55,060 nucleotides of DNA, taken from NCBI GenBank assembly GCA_902779285.1, contig CACZAZ010000005.1, positions 1 through 55,060 of the forward strand, in the 5' to 3' direction. Positions within the stretch are counted from its first letter, which is position 1, and every line of letters begins with the position of its first letter. The position numbers were made by a program, and so were the translations under genes. Below are positions 53,801-55,060 of this stretch, in pieces. Source of the stretch: an uncultured Ruminococcus sp. (GTDB lineage Bacteria; Bacillota; Clostridia; Oscillospirales; CAG-272). Below the pieces are notes generated by a model that did no database searches, had not been told where the DNA came from, and saw nothing but the letters and a program-made list of their open reading frames with translations.

Positions 53801-54287
53801 CGAAGACGAGATCGAGGAGGAATCCGAGGAGGAATCCGACGAAGAATCCGACGAAGTGATCGAGGACGAATCGGAGGAAGAAGCGTCCGAGGACGAATCC
53901 GAGGAAGAAGGATCCGAGGAAGAAGCGGAGGACGATCCGGCGGATGAAACCGCGGGAGAGGACGATCTGTTCGCTCCGTTCGATCTGTCCGCGCTCGACG
54001 AAAACGCGGAGGAAACCGACGAAGAATCCGAGGAAGAGCCCGAAGAAGAGCCCGAAGAAGAGCCCGAAGAAGAGCCGGAGGAAGAACCGGAGGAAGGACC
54101 TGCGCCCATATCCGCCGAGGGAGGCGCGGACGACCTGTTCGCTCCGTTCGATCTGTCGGGCGGGAACGGGGGACACGGCGAGATGATCTCCGAGTTGATC
54201 GCGGAGCAGGGCGGACCCGGCTACGCGTTTTCCTCCGCGGAAGCAAACGCGGGTTATGGGGTCGTTGAATCCGCACAATTCTCCTAG
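50877..54287 (+). CDS. YhaN/SbcC-like SMC-type ATPase with central TM helices and a long acidic low-complexity tail; the last ~21 aa are read from foreign DNA
   Basis: FG, Walker A GSNESGKST, YISQ, coiled coil with two TMs, LSGGTRD signature, Walker B LCFDESF, IFTC. Confidence 0.85.
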   Translation: MLILEVKVKHFGLLDYFEVKFGDKLNVIEGSNESGKSTLAAFVRFMLYGFTPDPAGLEERRKRTSWETGTAEGEMTVLVKGKRYRIDRYSAIVQENGREVFRDRTRVVNIEEGSLVTEKDAGEYFLGVPSDVFSSSAYISQMDDTHVGEEKMRETISNLLFSGNEQLSVDKAAAAINARRVSETEEHGVGSRALLARAEELIAEEQRSIEITDTLLERESELVENQKEREKVEQEIAKLEKLKGSFRAIALLNSFDKLHTLEQEERLLHAEEAEFRMKHTGNDFLPDSSYRTELAINRRVTADAYRTYRAAGEEHGQLKEKIEDEREEEKLLHRIDRHGGDEVVSREVREARKSGTNALLLTILCFGLAVFLPILGAILSWKPGAALYLALAGVALVGGGVMALIYRGHFKRARALANEYGFKTLSAFAAFLSGNGERRRAIADREQALRHAEDVVDRTKKTYLATYSSLSATVARWGRSLPESGVGAAIDRMIEEIDAVLAGQAEFAEREKRLEAELNALRGKLAGENEEHLRHSLSPELQNMLCDMSFEDLLDGIKVRNERKQELEKHRLDLEDEIAGLRQGASNPVEIREKIEILRDRIRAASELKHALDLAYSAVSGAEGNLRREITPRLSAYAGRLMSAMTDGKYGQLGVNQDLFLDFAREEGDRYSAEYLSGGTRDLAYIALRLAYIDLLYKDEKPPLCFDESFAHQDNFRATCTMRALRELAEDGVQSLIFTCRSRESTIAREVDRKYHHIKIEKLRADQALAQIEAERARREAEEERRRAREEAIRAAALNPPPTEEPAPTVLLPGIDYPETEEEHRAAEEARLAEEARIAEETRIAEETARRIAEGDEEALFDEDRDRQDLSDGTEDKDEDDALFDGEDPAAVMTETDGDEPEDESEDELEEELEEEPEEEPEEEPEEEPEEEPDVTEEEAETPADGPAGEGDLFAPFDLSAPEGEEVDERPEEEPEDEIEEESEEESDEESDEVIEDESEEEASEDESEEEGSEEEAEDDPADETAGEDDLFAPFDLSALDENAEETDEESEEEPEEEPEEEPEEEPEEEPEEGPAPISAEGGADDLFAPFDLSGGNGGHGEMISELIAEQGGPGYAFSSAEANAGYGVVESAQFS
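53575..54158 (+). repeat. Coding low-complexity repeats: 12-bp GARGARGAGCCC-type (EEEP)n tracts and three DLFAPFDLS motifs
   Basis: EEEP tracts at about 53616-53675 and 54029-54095; GAYCTGTTCGCTCCSTTCGATCTGTC at 53730, 53964 and 54132. Confidence 0.9.
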
Positions 54288-55060
54288 AACCTTCAGGTAT
54301 TTATTCATCTTTTGGTTGCTGATGACGGGAAGGGCAAGGTCATTGTCATACTTTTCCTTCTTATACTTGTCTAGAATCTCCTTGGCAAAGGCGTTCAGCT
54401 CGATGGGAATACGGTCATTGGTTTTCTGTGTTGTGATATAGAGAATGCCGTCGCGAATGTCGTGGCGCTTGAGATTAGCCATGTCGGAGTACCGAAGGGA
54501 AGTGAAAGCACAGAAGCAGAAGAGGTCCCTGGTCTTGGCAAGGCCGCTGGCATCGTGGAGAGTCTTCTTGTACTCGTTACCATTCTGGTCAATAAGGTCC
54601 ACTTCTTTCCCGTTGGCCGGGATCTGATAGTTGTATAGTTTGAGTAGTTCCTCCTTGGTGAGGAAGATGACCGGCTTCTCCAATACCTTGAACTTGGCTT
54701 TATACCGGTTGATGAAGTCTTGCCTCGTGTATCCCTTACGTATGGCCCAGTTGAGGAACCACTTCAAGTTGGAGTATTGCTTCTGGACCGTCTTTTCCTC
54801 CATGTCGAGCGTTCCGCGAAGATAGACGATGAAATTGGTGATGCCGATTTCGTCAAAGTCATCCAGGGTAACACTTGCATTGAAATCCTTGAGATGATTC
54901 TCGAAGGTCTTCCAGCACTGCAGGGTGCCATAGGCCCACTCATTAGCAAGACTCTGCTCCTTTTTGAATTCTTCCAGATACTCGAAGATGGATGGCTGTT
55001 GAGGTGTGGCCGCTTCAAGAGCCTCCTGCCCTTCTCCCTTACCCATCAGTCCCAGAGAAA
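54221..55060 (-). pseudogene. Bacteroidales-type tyrosine integrase, C-terminally truncated; 5' end lies beyond the window
   Basis: SAM-like domain (LKWFLNWAIRKGY), FLTKEEL, RDLFCFCAFTSLRYSD (catalytic Arg), TQKT (Lys), ISNQKMNKYLK..GELCGF..PIT; integrase-like sequence stops at GGKRV before HxxR/H/Y; lower GC than the host. Confidence 0.85.

Noticed and set aside
53268-55046. 592-aa ORF as an intact integrase with a hydrophobic C-terminal extension
   Set aside because: After GGKRV the translation (FFGLFFGLF...) is just the antisense of the EEEP repeats; the catalytic C-terminus is absent

Overview
A 55-kb, GC-rich chromosomal segment from an anaerobic, probably spore-forming Clostridia-class bacterium (gut/rumen Oscillospirales-like, inferred from gene content, sigma-A promoters and a SipL-like coat gene). 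Most of it is housekeeping or metabolic: tRNA-Ala(GGC), mecA, mtnN, topB, hisS, mini-RNase III, parE-parC, NUDIX, a paaK-iorAB-paaK-ACT aryl-acid operon, ruvX/yqgF, an RlmA-like methylase, an HssRS-like two-component pair, rqcH, an MnmM/YtqB-like methylase and the L10 leader with rplJ-rplL. The most unusual items are: (1) an AraC regulator fused to a GLUG-type beta-helix, divergent from two tandem GH39 genes whose promoter and 5' ends are almost identical; (2) three short intergenic arrays in which a constant 7-nt TCAY-core linker alternates with different GC-rich hairpins, plus GTAG-type REPs and two other dispersed palindromic repeats; (3) a zinc-ribbon protein with six TPR-like modules and a large lipoprotein with a duplicated lectin-like domain; (4) a DnaA-box cluster upstream of topB; (5) a membrane protein ending in an EF-Tu domain III-like module; (6) a deleted and frameshifted DUF6062-like gene; and (7) an abrupt junction near 54220 where a YhaN-like ATPase runs into a truncated Bacteroidales-type integrase, which may be an assembly chimera. 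No CRISPR array, rRNA, reverse transcriptase or intact transposase was seen. All family calls come from motif recognition by eye; no database search was run.
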